Assembly: GCF_006345805.1 (NCBI RefSeq)
Contig: NC_043002.1
Location: 97,030,001-97,094,000, forward strand
Direction of reading: 5' to 3'
DNA length: 64,000 nt
DNA from: Octopus sinensis
Lineage: Eukaryota
Position numbers and translations under genes: made by a program. This document shows positions 1-12,783 of this stretch, piece after piece. Numbering within the stretch: position 1 is the first letter of the stretch; every line of letters begins with the position of its first letter. The notes under the pieces are model-generated. The model did no database searches. It was not told where the DNA came from and saw nothing but the letters and a program-made list of their open reading frames with translations.

Positions 1-336
1 TCACGTACCAAGACCCCACTACTAGGTATATGTACGTACCCAAGATATACATACATACATACATACATACATACATACATACTGACAGACAGACAAACAA
101 ACAGACAGAAGGAGAGAGCGAAAGGGGCAAGATACGAACCAAACAGGAAGTTATTTCACAGACAGATTTGAGAAAAGTTATCATAACGATTTGTTGACAT
201 TAATCCTCGGCCTTGTTAAAGGTGGCAGTTATTTGCTAAAGAATTCTAAATAAAATTATATCATGTATTGAACCAAAATATGCAACAATATATCCTCTAA
301 TCAGGCCTGTTTCTATTTTGCATTTCTTTAATTCAG

Positions 337-476
337 GATCAGGATTAAATTGCCCGAGTCTTCACACTCTACGAGTTGATTATAACAATTTGACTGAAAT
401 TAAAAGTTCTCAGTTGGCTGGCTGTCCAAATTTACGCTCCTTAAACGTTTCCAGCAATAATTTGAAAATTTTGTCG
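337..476 (+). CDS. SDS22-like LRR protein, first exon visible in window (phase 1 to 0)
   Basis: ttcAG acceptor at 335-336 and GTGAGT donor at 477. Encodes (G)SGLNCPSLHTLRVDYNNLTEIKSSQLAGCPNLRSLNVSSNNLKILS, with two LxxLxLxxNxL repeats. The upstream exon is not in the window. Confidence 0.9.
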
Positions 477-1508
477 GTGAGTCAATTAGAATTTAAAAGA
501 AAATTATAACTGATAGAATCGTTTGAGCGCCAATTATAATATGAATACCTTGCAGTAATTGTTACATCTCTCTTTACACTGAATTCAAATACCACCGAGG
601 TCAGCTTTGCCTTTCATCCTTTAGAGCTTCATAAAATAAAGTGAAGTTCAAATACCGAGTCGATATTATTGACTGACACCTCTCCCCATATCTTTTGCAC
701 TTGTGTCTACGTTAAAAACTATTTTAATTAATTAATAGAAATCGCTGAGCATCGAATAGAATGCCCTAAAATATTTGATCCTGCTTTCTCTCCTCTTTGA
801 GTTCGAATATCAATGAGATTAGTTTCGCCTTTCATCATTTCCAGATCGACAAGTAAGTTACCATCCAGTAATAAATTCGATTTTTTTGTCTGTTTTTCTT
901 TTTGTTGTTTTTTTGTTGAAATCTGATATGTAGCTGTCACACTGAGTCAAGCTGAGAATTGTGTTAAAGGTAGATAATTTTTGTTGCATCTCAGAATATC
1001 TTGTATCTGTGAAATTTTTGTCGCATCTCAGGAGGGCCAATACCCCAACAGTAAACGCTATGCAATGATTCTGTTTCACTACTGTTTTATTTATTTATCA
1101 ATTTCTTAAGTATTTAACCAATTACCTAATCGATTACTTAAGCAATCGTTCCATTAATCAATCAATGATAAACCTAACTGACTGAATTATCAATTAAACA
1201 ATCGATTGGTTAATTGGCAAAATAGTTAGCTAAATCACACATAACTAATGAAAATGTGAAATAGATCCAGTGAGTGGGTTTATCATAATGACCCCCAAAA
1301 TACTACAAGAGGTGTTTCAACAGACGAGTTCACATCAAGAATGTTGCTAATACGAAAATGAAAAATGTCCATATATATATCACAAGTATAAATTTATGTT
1401 TAAACAAATGAATACTCATCGTGGAGACCGACGGAGAACCAAATCTAGTTCCCAACATCAAATCTCTGGTGCCAGATTGTCATATGAAATAAAAATGTAA
1501 ACAAAATG

Positions 1509-2121
1509 TTCTTTTCTACTCTAGGCACAAGGCCCGAAATGTCTGGGGAGGAGAGCCCAGTCGATTAGATCGACCCCAGTGCGTGACTGGTACTTAATTT
1601 ATTGACACCAAAAGGATGAAAGGCAAAGTTGACCTCGGCGGAATTTGAACTTAGAATGTAACGGTAGTCGAAATACCTATTTCTTTACTACCCACAAGGG
1701 GCTAAACACAGAGAGGACAAACAAGGACAGACAAACGGATTAAGTCGATTATATCGACCCCAGTGCGTAACTGGTACTTATTTAATCGACGCTGAAAGGA
1801 TGAAAGGCAAAGTCGACCCCGAAAATATGAAAGGCAAAGTCGACCTCAGCGGAATTTGAACTCAGAACGTAGCGGCAGACGAAATACCTATTTCTTTACT
1901 ACCTACAAGGGGCTAAACACAGTGAGAACAAACAAGGACAGACAAACGGATTAAGTCGAGTATATCGACCCCAGTGCGTAACTGGTACTTATTTAATCGA
2001 CCCCGAAAGGATGAAAGGCAAAGTAAACCTCGGCGGAATTAGAACTGAGAACGTAACCGCAGACGAAATACCGCTAAGCATTTCGCCCGGCGTGCTAACG
2101 TTTCTGCCAGCTCGCCGCCTT
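1509..2121 (-). mobile_element. tRNA-derived SINE family A (GGCGGCGAGCTGGCAG head), head plus three tandem bodies
   Basis: A and B boxes; repeated body joined at gacgaaatacc|tatttc. Confidence 0.85.
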
Positions 2122-2512
2122 AATGTAAACAAAATACTAAAAAATTACAGATGCTGACAAAATGTGCATATCATAGAAACCGAAGTTGAACGGGCTGAGA
2201 AAAAGGTACCTTTGTGTTCACTCAAGTTGCTAGAAATAGCAATCGTATCTCCCTGAATATAAAACACAAATTAGTTGATATAGTCTAGGGATGCTATTCA
2301 TGAAGAGATGGTCACACTATAAATGTCTTTGATTATAAATTATATCAATCTGAACCGATCTTACACTAAACAAGTACGATACTTTCAGTATACAAAGAAA
2401 AAAATTCTTTATTTTACTTTTGTATTTATTTAAAGAAACTCTTATGTAGGATAAATCAGTGATACATATATATTCAATATTTTCTTTGGCGATGATATTT
2501 TTTTACCTACAG

Positions 2513-2671
2513 TTTGTAAAGGTTTTACCGGATTTAGAAGAACTTGCAGCTTCCGGCAATCAGCTATCAAATCTTTCTGATATTTCAACTTGTCTATGTT
2601 TGCGAGAACTTGATATTAGTGACAATCGACTGAGTGATATATCTGGCATAAGCGACTTGGCATCTTTACAG
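2513..2671 (+). CDS. SDS22-like LRR protein, exon 2 (phase 0 to 0)
   Basis: Pyrimidine tract plus ctacAG acceptor, GTAAAT donor at 2672. Encodes FVKVLPDLEELAASGNQLSNLSDISTCLCLRELDISDNRLSDISGISDLASLQ. Confidence 0.92.
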
Positions 2672-3109
2672 GTAAATTCATTTACATTGCTAATTATACT
2701 TACTACAGCAATATGTGTATCATACTTCATGTAAATATATCTGGAGATGAAACCTTTTATGGACGTACTCTGTTAAACAACGCAAAAATATATCAGTAAC
2801 ACACGTAAATCGTCGTCCAACGCATTTCTACCAACTGGATCTTTGTCAGCACCATTTGCCTACTGACATGCTATGTAAAATCCTTTTCTAATCTAATACT
2901 GCTTCTTTTACACATAACAAATTAATATTTTCAACTTTTATGTATCAGAAAATTTCAAGAATTCATTCTTTTTCTCCCCACACAATTCTTTTCTTTTTCT
3001 TTTTTCGCTTTTTTCATTTCTTTAATTTTTTTGCTTTCTCCTCTACTTACGGCAGAATCAGTACAGTAACAAAGTGTCTTGGGACATTTAACTTTCATTT
3101 CTATCAATC

Positions 3110-3367
3110 TACAGTCCACACTGTAAAGTGGCTGGCATTTGGAAGGGCACTTAACTGTAAAAATCATGCCAAAACTAACCTCGCTTGTGCTAGTGCCACG
3201 TAAAAAGCACTGAGTCCACCTGCAGACTGGTTGGTGACAAGAAGGGCATCCAGCCGTAAAAACCCGCCAAAACCGATACAGTAGCCGGCGGTAGTCATCT
3301 ACCTGGCTGCCCCCTCTCAACCGTCCTACCCCCGCATGTATGGAAGACGGGCGTTAAATGATGATGT

Positions 3368-3405
<38 letters not shown>
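3110..3405 (+). mobile_element. RTE-related SINE/LINE 3' end with (GAT)n tail
   Basis: gaagggcatccagccgtaaaaac motif and ...gggcgttaaatgatgatg terminus. Confidence 0.7.
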
Positions 3406-4509
3406 GTGGTGGTGGCGGCGGTGGCGGCGACGGTGGTGGTGGTGGTAGTGGTGATGATATATGCTTGGTTACAAGGGGTTAACGGTGTAAGATAAAGTAT
3501 TAAGAAAGATGGGTTGCGATTATACTTTCATCAATATTTATATGTAAAACTTACAATTGAAATTATTGATTATAATTACAAATTTTAAAAATGCAATAAG
3601 TGGCTGATAGAATTCACGTCACGTATACCATAATGTTCGGACTGGAAGTTGCTGTTCATTATATTAAAATAAGGTTTCATTTAATTAGTAACCAAACTAA
3701 TCTTCTCTTCAATTATATAGAAGTAGTTCTTATGAAAATGTTTATAACTATTGTATTCCAGCTACACTCGTAAGTATCTCATTGCTATAATTTTAAGCCA
3801 GGTTTTAAAATGTTCCTTATTGGAATGTCTTATTCTTATGTGTGAAAGTTCTTTGAAAAAACTGTAATGTGAAAAAACAGTGTCATACGCATTTATGGTA
3901 TTCACAGCTTTTTCCCTTTCCGTGTAATGTAAGTGAAGTATCAATATGTTTGACTTCTAAATTGTAAAGAACGATGCAAAGCAGCTATAGTGGCCGTGAC
4001 GTTGAAATATCACCTGCCGAGAAAAGTTTGCTAGCCAAAGAAAAGAATATTGCTAATCGAAAATTCTTCGGAGAATTCAGCCCCGCTGTGAATACCAAGA
4101 AACAAGACAACGAATAATTAGAAGAAATATTCCATATTCAGCAATCTTTAGGAGGGGGGGGGGGTTTCCAGAGACAACAAGCAATGATAACAACGACAAA
4201 ATGTGTTGAGAAAAGACAAAAATATTTTTAAAAAAACAGCAACAACGGTATTATTACCAATGCTTGCTCCAACATTTCCCACCACTTTGCCACTACGACA
4301 AAAATCAATACGTTTTTCACTTCTTCCACTGCCACACTTAGAATGACCTTCACAATCACACGCAGCAAAACACAGCCGCTACGAAAGAAGCTGTGTCAAC
4401 CGATCTACAAATGCCATCGTCTTTTCCAGGATCGGCAAAAATTTAAACAAATATTTCTAAAGGAACAAACGAATTAAAATGCACTAGAACAAAAAATACA
4501 TTAGCAATT

Positions 4510-4551
<42 letters not shown>

Positions 4552-4587
4552 GAATAATAATAATAATATAATAATAATAACAACAAC

Positions 4588-4650
<63 letters not shown>

Positions 4651-4651
<1 letters not shown>

Positions 4652-5110
4652 TGGCATAAAAGATGGCCTACATTAAATATTCTAATCAATACCACAGATT
4701 TGCTTGTCAGTTGTTTGACCTTAACCGGTTGAGGATGTCCCTCAGTGGCTGACGATATGTATATCTCTGATCACGGGTAGAAGTAGTGGGGGAGCATCAT
4801 AGCCATGTGTTGAGAGGAATTCTTTGGGGTTTGGATAATTCACCTCAGGAAACATGGGTGTTTTGTTCAACATCCTTAAACAACTTTTATTCAGGGACCC
4901 TTTGAGCGGGATGGGCTACATGACCTGAAGAAAATTCTAACTGTGCCCTACCTGCAAGGTCATGTGCTGTTTATCTTCATATGAGACTACAATGTCGTGC
5001 ACCTATGGTTGTGATACATGTGCCTGGTGTACCCTTATCAGACAGGTAGTCATGATGGATATACTGGGCTTCGTATATTCACTTTGATGGCATGCACTGC
5101 TCTCACATTC

Positions 5111-5153
<43 letters not shown>

Positions 5154-5702
5154 CCCTGATGCTGTACCAGGCAGTGGCTCTCGTGGCTTCTGATCTTAAC
5201 TGATTGGAAGTCTTATCATGTGCATTATTTTGTCTTGGTATAAAAGATGGGCTACAGCAAATATTCCGCTCAATAAACAGATTTGCTTGTCAGTTGTTTG
5301 ACCTTAACCAGTTGAGCAGGTCCCTTAGTGGCTGACGATATGTGCATCTCTGATCACGAGTATATGTAGTGGGGGAGCATCATAGCCATGTGTTGAGAGG
5401 GATTCTTTGAGGTTCGAATAATTCACCTCTGGAAACATGGGTGTTTCGTTGAACATCCTTAAACAATCCTTATTCAGGGACCTTTTGAGCGGGATGGGTT
5501 ACTCGACCAGAAAAAAATCCTAATTGGGACCCACCTGCAAGGTCATGCGCTGTTTATCTTGATACGAGATCACCATGTCGCGCACATATGGTTGAGATGC
5601 ATGTGCCTAGTGTACCCTTATCAGACGGGTAGTCATGATGGGTATACTGGGCTTCGTATATTTTACCCCTGTGTCACTTTGATGGCATGCACTGCTCTGT
5701 CA
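4651..5702 (+). mobile_element. two tandem LINE 3'-UTR-like repeats, each ending in (AAT)n
   Basis: 4651-5110 and 5153-5702 are homologous to each other and to 7595-7932. Confidence 0.65.
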
Positions 5703-5721
5703 CATAATAATAATAATAATA

Positions 5722-6704
5722 CATGAAGAGAGCAAATTGAGAAAAGGCACTGATAAATGTGGAAGACTGTGCGAATATCGAATGCGAGAGCTATATGAGA
5801 TACCTGGCCCAAAGTAAGGAAACCTTGCTAGTGACAGTTAGAGACGAGGGAGTATTGAGAGCAGAGGAAAAAGGAAAAAACAAAGGAAGAAGTACAGAAA
5901 GGACATGAAGAAGGGACTATACAATCAATTCCATGTAGCCACAACAGAAGTTTCTGAAGAAATAGGTGGAATTGGCTGATGAAAGTATTCTGAAAAAAGA
6001 GACCGAGAGCACTATACTGGCCGCGCAAGACCAAGCATTGATCACGAACTGCAGGGTCCACCTTGGGAATGAGCAAGTGACTCCGTTGTGCGGTATCTGC
6101 AGTAGAATGGATGAAAGCATTGCCCATATCACGAACGAATGCCCTAGACTTGCCCATAACCACTACAAGTTGTGGCGATACGACCAGCTAACGAAAGTCC
6201 TACAGTAGAAACAGAGCGAAAATCACAGAGTGTAAGAGTTGGAGACTAAGCAAAATCCTCTGGGATTTCCCAATGCAAACAGATCAGATGGTAGAGCATA
6301 ACAGACCGGACCTAACGGTGGTGGACAAGGTGCACCACATATGCTATAGAGTTAACGTTGCATGTCTCTTTCATCCACGAATAACCAAGAAGGAAGGCGA
6401 AAAGATAGATAGGTAGATATACGGAGAGACAGACAGACATTCACAACCCTCTTATGTACGAAATAGCCCGGCTATGGAAAACGAACAAGATGAAAATAAT
6501 GCCAATTATTGCTGGGAAGAGTATCAGAAGGCATCAAGTGGAATATAAAGGAAATTGGAACAGGGTGCCCAGTAGAAATATTATAAAAGGTTTGCCTCCT
6601 TGGCACAGCCAGAATAATCAGGAAAGCATTAGCTGAAAAGAACGAATGCATGTAGTAAGTCCGCTACGTATGCAAGACCCCCAACAAAACCTACGAGAAA
6701 GAGA
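5722..6704 (+). mobile_element. R4/Dong-like RLE non-LTR retrotransposon, 3' fragment
   Basis: ETESTILAAQDQAL, CCHC knuckle CGIC..DESIAHITNECPRLA, RPDL (PD-D/ExK). Ends in (AAT)n. Confidence 0.8.
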
Positions 6705-6780
<76 letters not shown>

Positions 6781-6830
6781 TAATAGTAATAATAGTAATA
6801 ATGATAATAATAATAATAATAATAATAATA

Positions 6831-6866
<36 letters not shown>

Positions 6867-6881
6867 GTAATAATAATAATA

Positions 6882-6924
<43 letters not shown>

Positions 6925-6975
6925 GTAATAATAATAATAATAATAATATAATAAATAATAATAATAATAGTAATA

Positions 6976-7014
<39 letters not shown>

Positions 7015-7060
7015 TGATGATGATAATAATAATAATAATGATGATAATAATAATAATAAT

Positions 7061-7091
<31 letters not shown>

Positions 7092-7244
7092 GATAATAGT
7101 AATAATAGTAATAATGATAATAATAATAATAATAATAAAATAGTAATAATAATATAATAATAATAATAATAATAATAATAAAATAATAATAATAATAATA
7201 GTAATATAATAATAATGATGATGATAATAATAATAATAATGATG

Positions 7245-7302
<58 letters not shown>

Positions 7303-7348
7303 TAATAATAGTAATAATAATAATAATGATAATAATAATAATAATAAT
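6705..7348. repeat. (TAA)n microsatellite, about 640 bp
   Basis: Seen directly. Confidence 0.98.
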
Positions 7349-7535
7349 GTGTTAGTACATGGAACAAATAGGGGCTGTAATAAGGGTGAAGAACTTACAG
7401 AAAACAGAACTGCTTGGAACCGCGCGAATACTCCGGATGGTGCTCCAAAAATATGGGGTGTTACCTTAGTTCACTGGCAGTGAACAGCTGGCACCGTAGT
7501 ACATCTCCAGCGTTAGAAGCTGTGCAAAGACAATA

Positions 7536-7586
<51 letters not shown>

Positions 7587-7932
7587 TAATAATAAGTGGG
7601 GGCGCATCATAGCCATGTGTTGAGAGGGATTCTTTGGGGTTTGAATAATTCACCTCTGGAAACATGGGTGGTTCTTTCAACATCCTTAAACAACCCTTAT
7701 TCAGAGACCTTTTGAGCGGGATGGGCTACTCAACCTGAAGAAAATTCTAACTGGGCCCCACCTGCAAGGTCATGTGCTGTTTATCTTGATATGAGATCAC
7801 CATGTCGCGCACATATGGTTGTGATGCATGTGCCTGGTGTACCTTTATCAGACGGGTAGTCATGATGGGTATATTGGGCTTCGTATATTTCACCCCAGTG
7901 TCACTTTGATGGCATGCACTGCTCTCTCACTC
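7349..7932 (+). mobile_element. R4-like 3' end (LLGTARILRMVL) plus a third 3'-UTR-like copy, separated by (AAT)n
   Basis: RLE-LINE C-terminal motif; homology to 5153-5702. Confidence 0.65.
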
Positions 7933-8039
7933 AATAATAATAATAATAATAATAATACCGCTACTACTGCAACTGCTGCTGCTATACTTTTCCTGAAGAA
8001 TGCTTCATTAATTAATCTCCACTGGTATCTATTTCACAG

Positions 8040-8095
8040 ACTTTAAATTTATCTGGGAATAGTTTGAAAGACATCAAGAATGCAGGAAAACATCC
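8040..8095 (+). CDS. SDS22-like LRR protein, exon 3 (56 nt, phase 0 to 2; absent from the ORF track)
   Basis: tttcacAG acceptor and GTAAGT donor at 8096. Encodes TLNLSGNSLKDIKNAGKH(P). It completes LQ|TLNLSGNSL and bridges the phase between exons 2 and 4. Confidence 0.9.
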
Positions 8096-8264
8096 GTAAG
8101 TACGATGCTTTCAGTTTTCAAACTTGGTGGAGCTAGGATCGCAGTTTTCACTTTTACATTCTTTCTTCATTGTAACAACTTATGAGTGCAAATGCACTCA
8201 TGAGGTTTAAGATGAGTGATATATGTATGCATGTATGTGTATATATGAGGTACATCAACATATA

Positions 8265-8299
<35 letters not shown>

Positions 8300-8324
8300 G
8301 GTTGAAAAGGAACACACGAGTTGA

Positions 8325-8561
8325 TATATATGTAAAAAAGAGTCAAGGTAGAAAATGCTGAAATAATTTTATAAAAAACCTTTCAGTACCGGCTTCAGTA
8401 ATTCAGACTCTTTCAACTGTAAGTATGGAAAACAATTTTCCGAAAATTTAATTGTTTTCAATATTTAGAGTTGAAAATGTCTCAATGGCTGAAACCGGTA
8501 CTGAAATGATTTTTATAAAATTGGTTTAGCATTTTCTATCTCCACTCTTTTTTCCTGATAT

Positions 8562-8562
<1 letters not shown>
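8325..8562. mobile_element. inverted pair of PLE pseudo-LTR-like segments with degenerate hammerhead motifs
   Basis: 8325-8420 is the approximate reverse complement of 8468-8562. The arms carry TTGAAA...GAA(A/G)CCGGTACTG. (TA)n flanks. Confidence 0.55.
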
Positions 8563-8633
<71 letters not shown>

Positions 8634-8862
8634 GATTTAAAATAGGATAACATCTTTATAAGACTTTATGAAGTAGTTAGCGTGTAAACCTCATAAGGGG
8701 AAAATTTATAATTATTCTCTTTAAATACTTATATTATATTAAGGGCATATACGTAAATGTCTCACGCTATTAGGAACTTTTCAAGTGAAAACTACCATAA
8801 TAAATACACAGTGTGCCGAACGCGAGGGAATGCAACCTTTGGAGCCAACCCTTAATATATAT

Positions 8863-8896
<34 letters not shown>

Positions 8897-9061
8897 AATT
8901 TATTGTATCGACCCCGAAGGGATGAAAAGCAAAGTAGACCTCGGTGAAATTTCAACTCAGTCCGTAAAGAGGGATTAAATGCTGCTAAGTATTTTTCCCA
9001 GCATGCTAACGATTCTGCCAGCTCGTCGCCTTATATATAGGTGTATATATATATATATATA

Positions 9062-10658
9062 TCGGGAGTGGCCATGGGAACGCGAATGGCCCCCAACTAT
9101 TCGAACCTGTTCGTTGGCTATGTTGAGGCGCAAATATCTAGTTTCACTGATCCCACTCCCGAACTATACGGTCGTTACATTGACGACATTATCGGTGCCA
9201 CCTCACTCTCCCGCGAACATCTAGACTCCTTCCTCTCTTTCGTTCAATCCTTCCATCCTGCCCTCCACTTCACCTGCACTATCTCCAACACTTCTGTCTC
9301 CTTCCTCGACATTTCGGTCACCATTCATCACTCTACTCTTACCACCTCCATTCACTACAAACACACAGACTCACACCCATACCTAAACTTCTCTTCCTCC
9401 TACCCCAAACACACCAAGTTTTCCATCCCTTTTTCCCAATTCCTCTGTCTACGTAGGCTCTGTAGTGACGACCATGACTTTGAGACTCAGTCTCAACGCA
9501 TGGCTCGCCACTTCATCATACGTGGATACCCCCTCACCACTATCCACACCTCCCTTGCCAGAGCACGTTCCGTAGACCGTGCATCTGCTCTCTCCCCCGA
9601 ACCCGCCCTAAAGTCTCCCGCCTCCCTTTTCACCTCACTTACCACCCTACCGCACCATTCTTCGAGCTTTCCGGCTTCTCCAGTCCGACCCGTCCACTTC
9701 AAACCTCTTCCCTAACCGACCCCTACTCTCCTTCAAACGAGCCCATAACCTACGAGACCTCTTGATCCACAGCTTCTTCCCTGACCCTACCTCCCAGCCT
9801 GGCTCGTTCCCCTGCTCCCGCTCACGTTGCCGCACTTGCCCTCACCTCTCCAACACCACCCTCCTCACCGGCACCCATCACCGACCCTATCGCATCATCG
9901 ACTCCTTCACCTGCGCCTCCAGCAATATCATCTTTTGCATCTCCTGCTCTCTCTGCTATTCCCTGTACATCGGACAAACGGGACGCCGCTTGGCTGACCG
10001 GTTCGCGGAACACCTCCGAGACATCCGCCTCGCCAATGACACACCAGTATCACGCCATTTCCGCTCCACCGGTCACTCATTGCAACACCTGTCTGTGTTC
10101 GGATTGTCCTTGCACAGAAGCCATCCGGATTCCCGCTTGCGCTGTGAACAGGGATTAATCTTCTCTCTTCGCTCTTTTACGCCATTTGGGCTCAACTCCC
10201 CCCCCCTTTCATCTAACCTCCCCCGACTCCTACTTCTCTTCATTCCTTCATCTTTTCACCCCTACTCTCTTTCCCTCCTCTTCCCTTCTTTCCCATCTTC
10301 CCCTTCTTCCCTCTTCTTTCTTCTTTCTTCTTCCCTCTTCCCCTTCTCTCTTTCTCTCTGCTCCCTCACTCCCCTTCTCTCCCCCTCCCCTCCTCCTCTC
10401 CCTACCACTCCCCTCCTTTCTCATCGTCTGACCTCTGACCTCTGACTTCTGCCTGAAGTCAGAACGCCATGATAGACCGTTAGCTCCTACACGCATTTTT
10501 TCCTTCCTTGTTTCTTTTCTGTGTATCTTTCTGTCGAAGAGCGTAGGCTCGAAACGTAAAAGACTTGTTCTATTTCTATTCCTGAGCGCCATACTAATAC
10601 ATTTGTTTTTTTGTACTCCACCTGCCTTCTCTTTTATTTATTTTCGTAAACCTTCCCG

Positions 10659-10660
<2 letters not shown>
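9062..10660 (+). mobile_element. Penelope-like element, 5'-truncated (RT C-half, GIY-YIG endonuclease, pseudo-LTR), frameshifted
   Basis: GVAMGTRMAPNYSNLFVG and RYIDD (RT); SNIIFCISC..LYIGQTGRRLADRFAEH (GIY-YIG). (TA)n at both ends. Confidence 0.92.
10526..10563 (+). ncRNA. minimal type I hammerhead in PLE pseudo-LTR, A6 mutated to U
   Basis: TCTTT-CTGTCGA-A-GAGC GTAG GCTC-GAAA-CG-TA/AAAGA. Confidence 0.6.
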
Positions 10661-10693
<33 letters not shown>

Positions 10694-10752
10694 GCCGTAT
10701 CTTGTAGTTTTAGCTTTCGAACTTCTCACCAATAGAATAGGAGTTAGCATAT

Positions 10753-10960
10753 ACGAGGGTGTTCAATAAAGATTTATCCTGACCCACTTCTAAACGAAAC
10801 TTGGCGTAATTATTAGTTATTCTCTACATAGCCACCACCAATGGTGACATACTTCTCCCATCAATTTATGCATCTGTGAAGACCTCGTCTCTAGAAGTCG
10901 GTAGGTTGCGTCTGCATCTACGTAGGCTGCGTCTATGTCTTCAAAACGGAACTAGACCTC
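10753..10960 (-). mobile_element. mariner 3'-end fragment
   Basis: TACGAGGG-type terminus; reverse complement encodes a WEKYVTIGGGYVE-like transposase C-terminus. Confidence 0.6.
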
Positions 10961-11276
10961 TTACTGTCAAGTGTCCCAGATGAACGAACTTCACGGCATG
11001 AAATGCAGCGGCATCAAACTCCCTCATGAAACAAACGTTAATTTCTAAAAAAGGGCAGTGAAGTAAAATTATGTAGCAACATCAAATGAGAGTGCCCCAG
11101 TATGGCCACAGCTCATGAGCTGAAACTAGATCAAATCAAATCAAATCAAACATATATATATATATATATATATATGGAATAAAAATGAGTAACTAAGATA
11201 TACAAGTGTCAATTCATCTTCACATAGCTGGTTTACGTTGCCTGCACACACGGCAGGAATATCAGGTACAACCCCC

Positions 11277-11311
<35 letters not shown>

Positions 11312-11316
<5 letters not shown>

Positions 11317-12364
11317 GATTGTCCGGAAAGTTCCTGCCGATTATTGTAGCTTACATTTCGACTTATTTTAGAACATGGTTGAGTCCATAAAATAGAATTT
11401 GCCTACACCTCTATCTTTCGTGGAAGAAGGTGTATGTCCCTATAACCTGTGATAATTCTGTAACTCTTTAAAATGGAAGATAAGAAAGATTGTAGCCTTA
11501 TTGATAGAGAGCGATCAGGCAGACCATCCACTACATATGATGACCTAATCAAGTCATTAATTGAGAATAACCCACAGTGCACAGCTCTTGTAAAGCTTGG
11601 GTACACAAATCGCTACGATCTTTGGGTACCACATGAGTTGAGTGAGAAAAATCTTTTGGATCACATTTCCATCTGTGATTTGCTTTATAAACGCACGTTT
11701 TAAATCAAATTGTGACAGGTGATGAGAAATGGATTATCTACCGAAATGTCCAGAAAAAGCGATCCTGGAGTAAGCGATATGAGCCACCCTTAACCACCCC
11801 AAAAGTAGGTCTTCACCCTAAAAAATCTTGCTTTATGTCTGGTGGGATTGGAAAGGAATTCTGTACTATGAGCTTCTCCCAAGTAACCAGACAATTAATT
11901 CTGAGAAATACTGCACACAATTGGACGGGTTAAAAGCAGCAATTTAAGAGAGACATCCAGAATTGGCCAACAGGAAGGGTGTTGTTTTCGAACATGATAA
12001 TGCAAGACTGCATGTTTCTTTGGGAACCAAACAAAAATTGCTGCAGCTCGGCTGGGATGTGTTACCCTACTCTCCATATTCACCAGATATTGCTCCTTCG
12101 GATTTCCACTTATTCATGTCCCTGAAGAATAGTCTTAATGGTAAAAATTTCAATTCCTTGGATGACGTAAAAAGATACCTTGAATTATTTTTCATGAAAC
12201 CACCTCAATTCTGGGAAGAGGGCATTTCCAAGTTAAAAAAACTGATGAAGACACATTGTGCAACAAAATGGTTCATATTTGGTTGATTAAAATGTAATGG
12301 CAAGTATTTATTGACCTTTTTCTTTCCTTTACAAATCGGCACGAACTTTCCGGACAACCCAATA
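11312..12364 (+). mobile_element. Tc1/mariner DD34D transposon, internally deleted and frameshifted
   Basis: About 32-bp TIRs (tagtggattgtccggaaagttcctgccgat / atcggcacgaactttccggacaacccaata) in (TA)n. Motifs WVPHEL, TGDEKW, HDNAR, YSPDIAPSDFHLF. Confidence 0.93.
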
Positions 12365-12678
12365 TATATATATATAAACACCAGAAAACGTCTCCTAGTT
12401 TTGTTAGCAACCGACTTGAACTCTCAAGAACTTAAATTAATCTCAAAGAAAAATCATACATATATATAGTTTATTTTCTATGTATATAGAGAAATTATTA
12501 CACCTAGACAACGACTTAAATTACATTAGTGTCTAGATATTGGACGATGATGGCAATCACAATATTCGGATACAGGTGATTCTAAAATTAAAATTCATAA
12601 GTTTTCTATCAGGTTAGCCGATTGCTAACAAGTCAAGGAAACTTTTTGAGTTAAGAGAGTTTCTGATTGATATATATA

Positions 12679-12732
<54 letters not shown>

Positions 12733-12749
12733 GTATGTATGTATGTATG

Positions 12750-12783
<34 letters not shown>

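Noticed and set aside
1-25. Tail of an upstream LRR exon (phase 1, GTATAT donor)
   Set aside because: Weak donor, no LRR pattern, and truncated by the window edge.
6618-7367. Long poly-Y/I/N ORFs, and similar YI, CV, HT, IYLS ORFs elsewhere
   Set aside because: These are translations of microsatellites.
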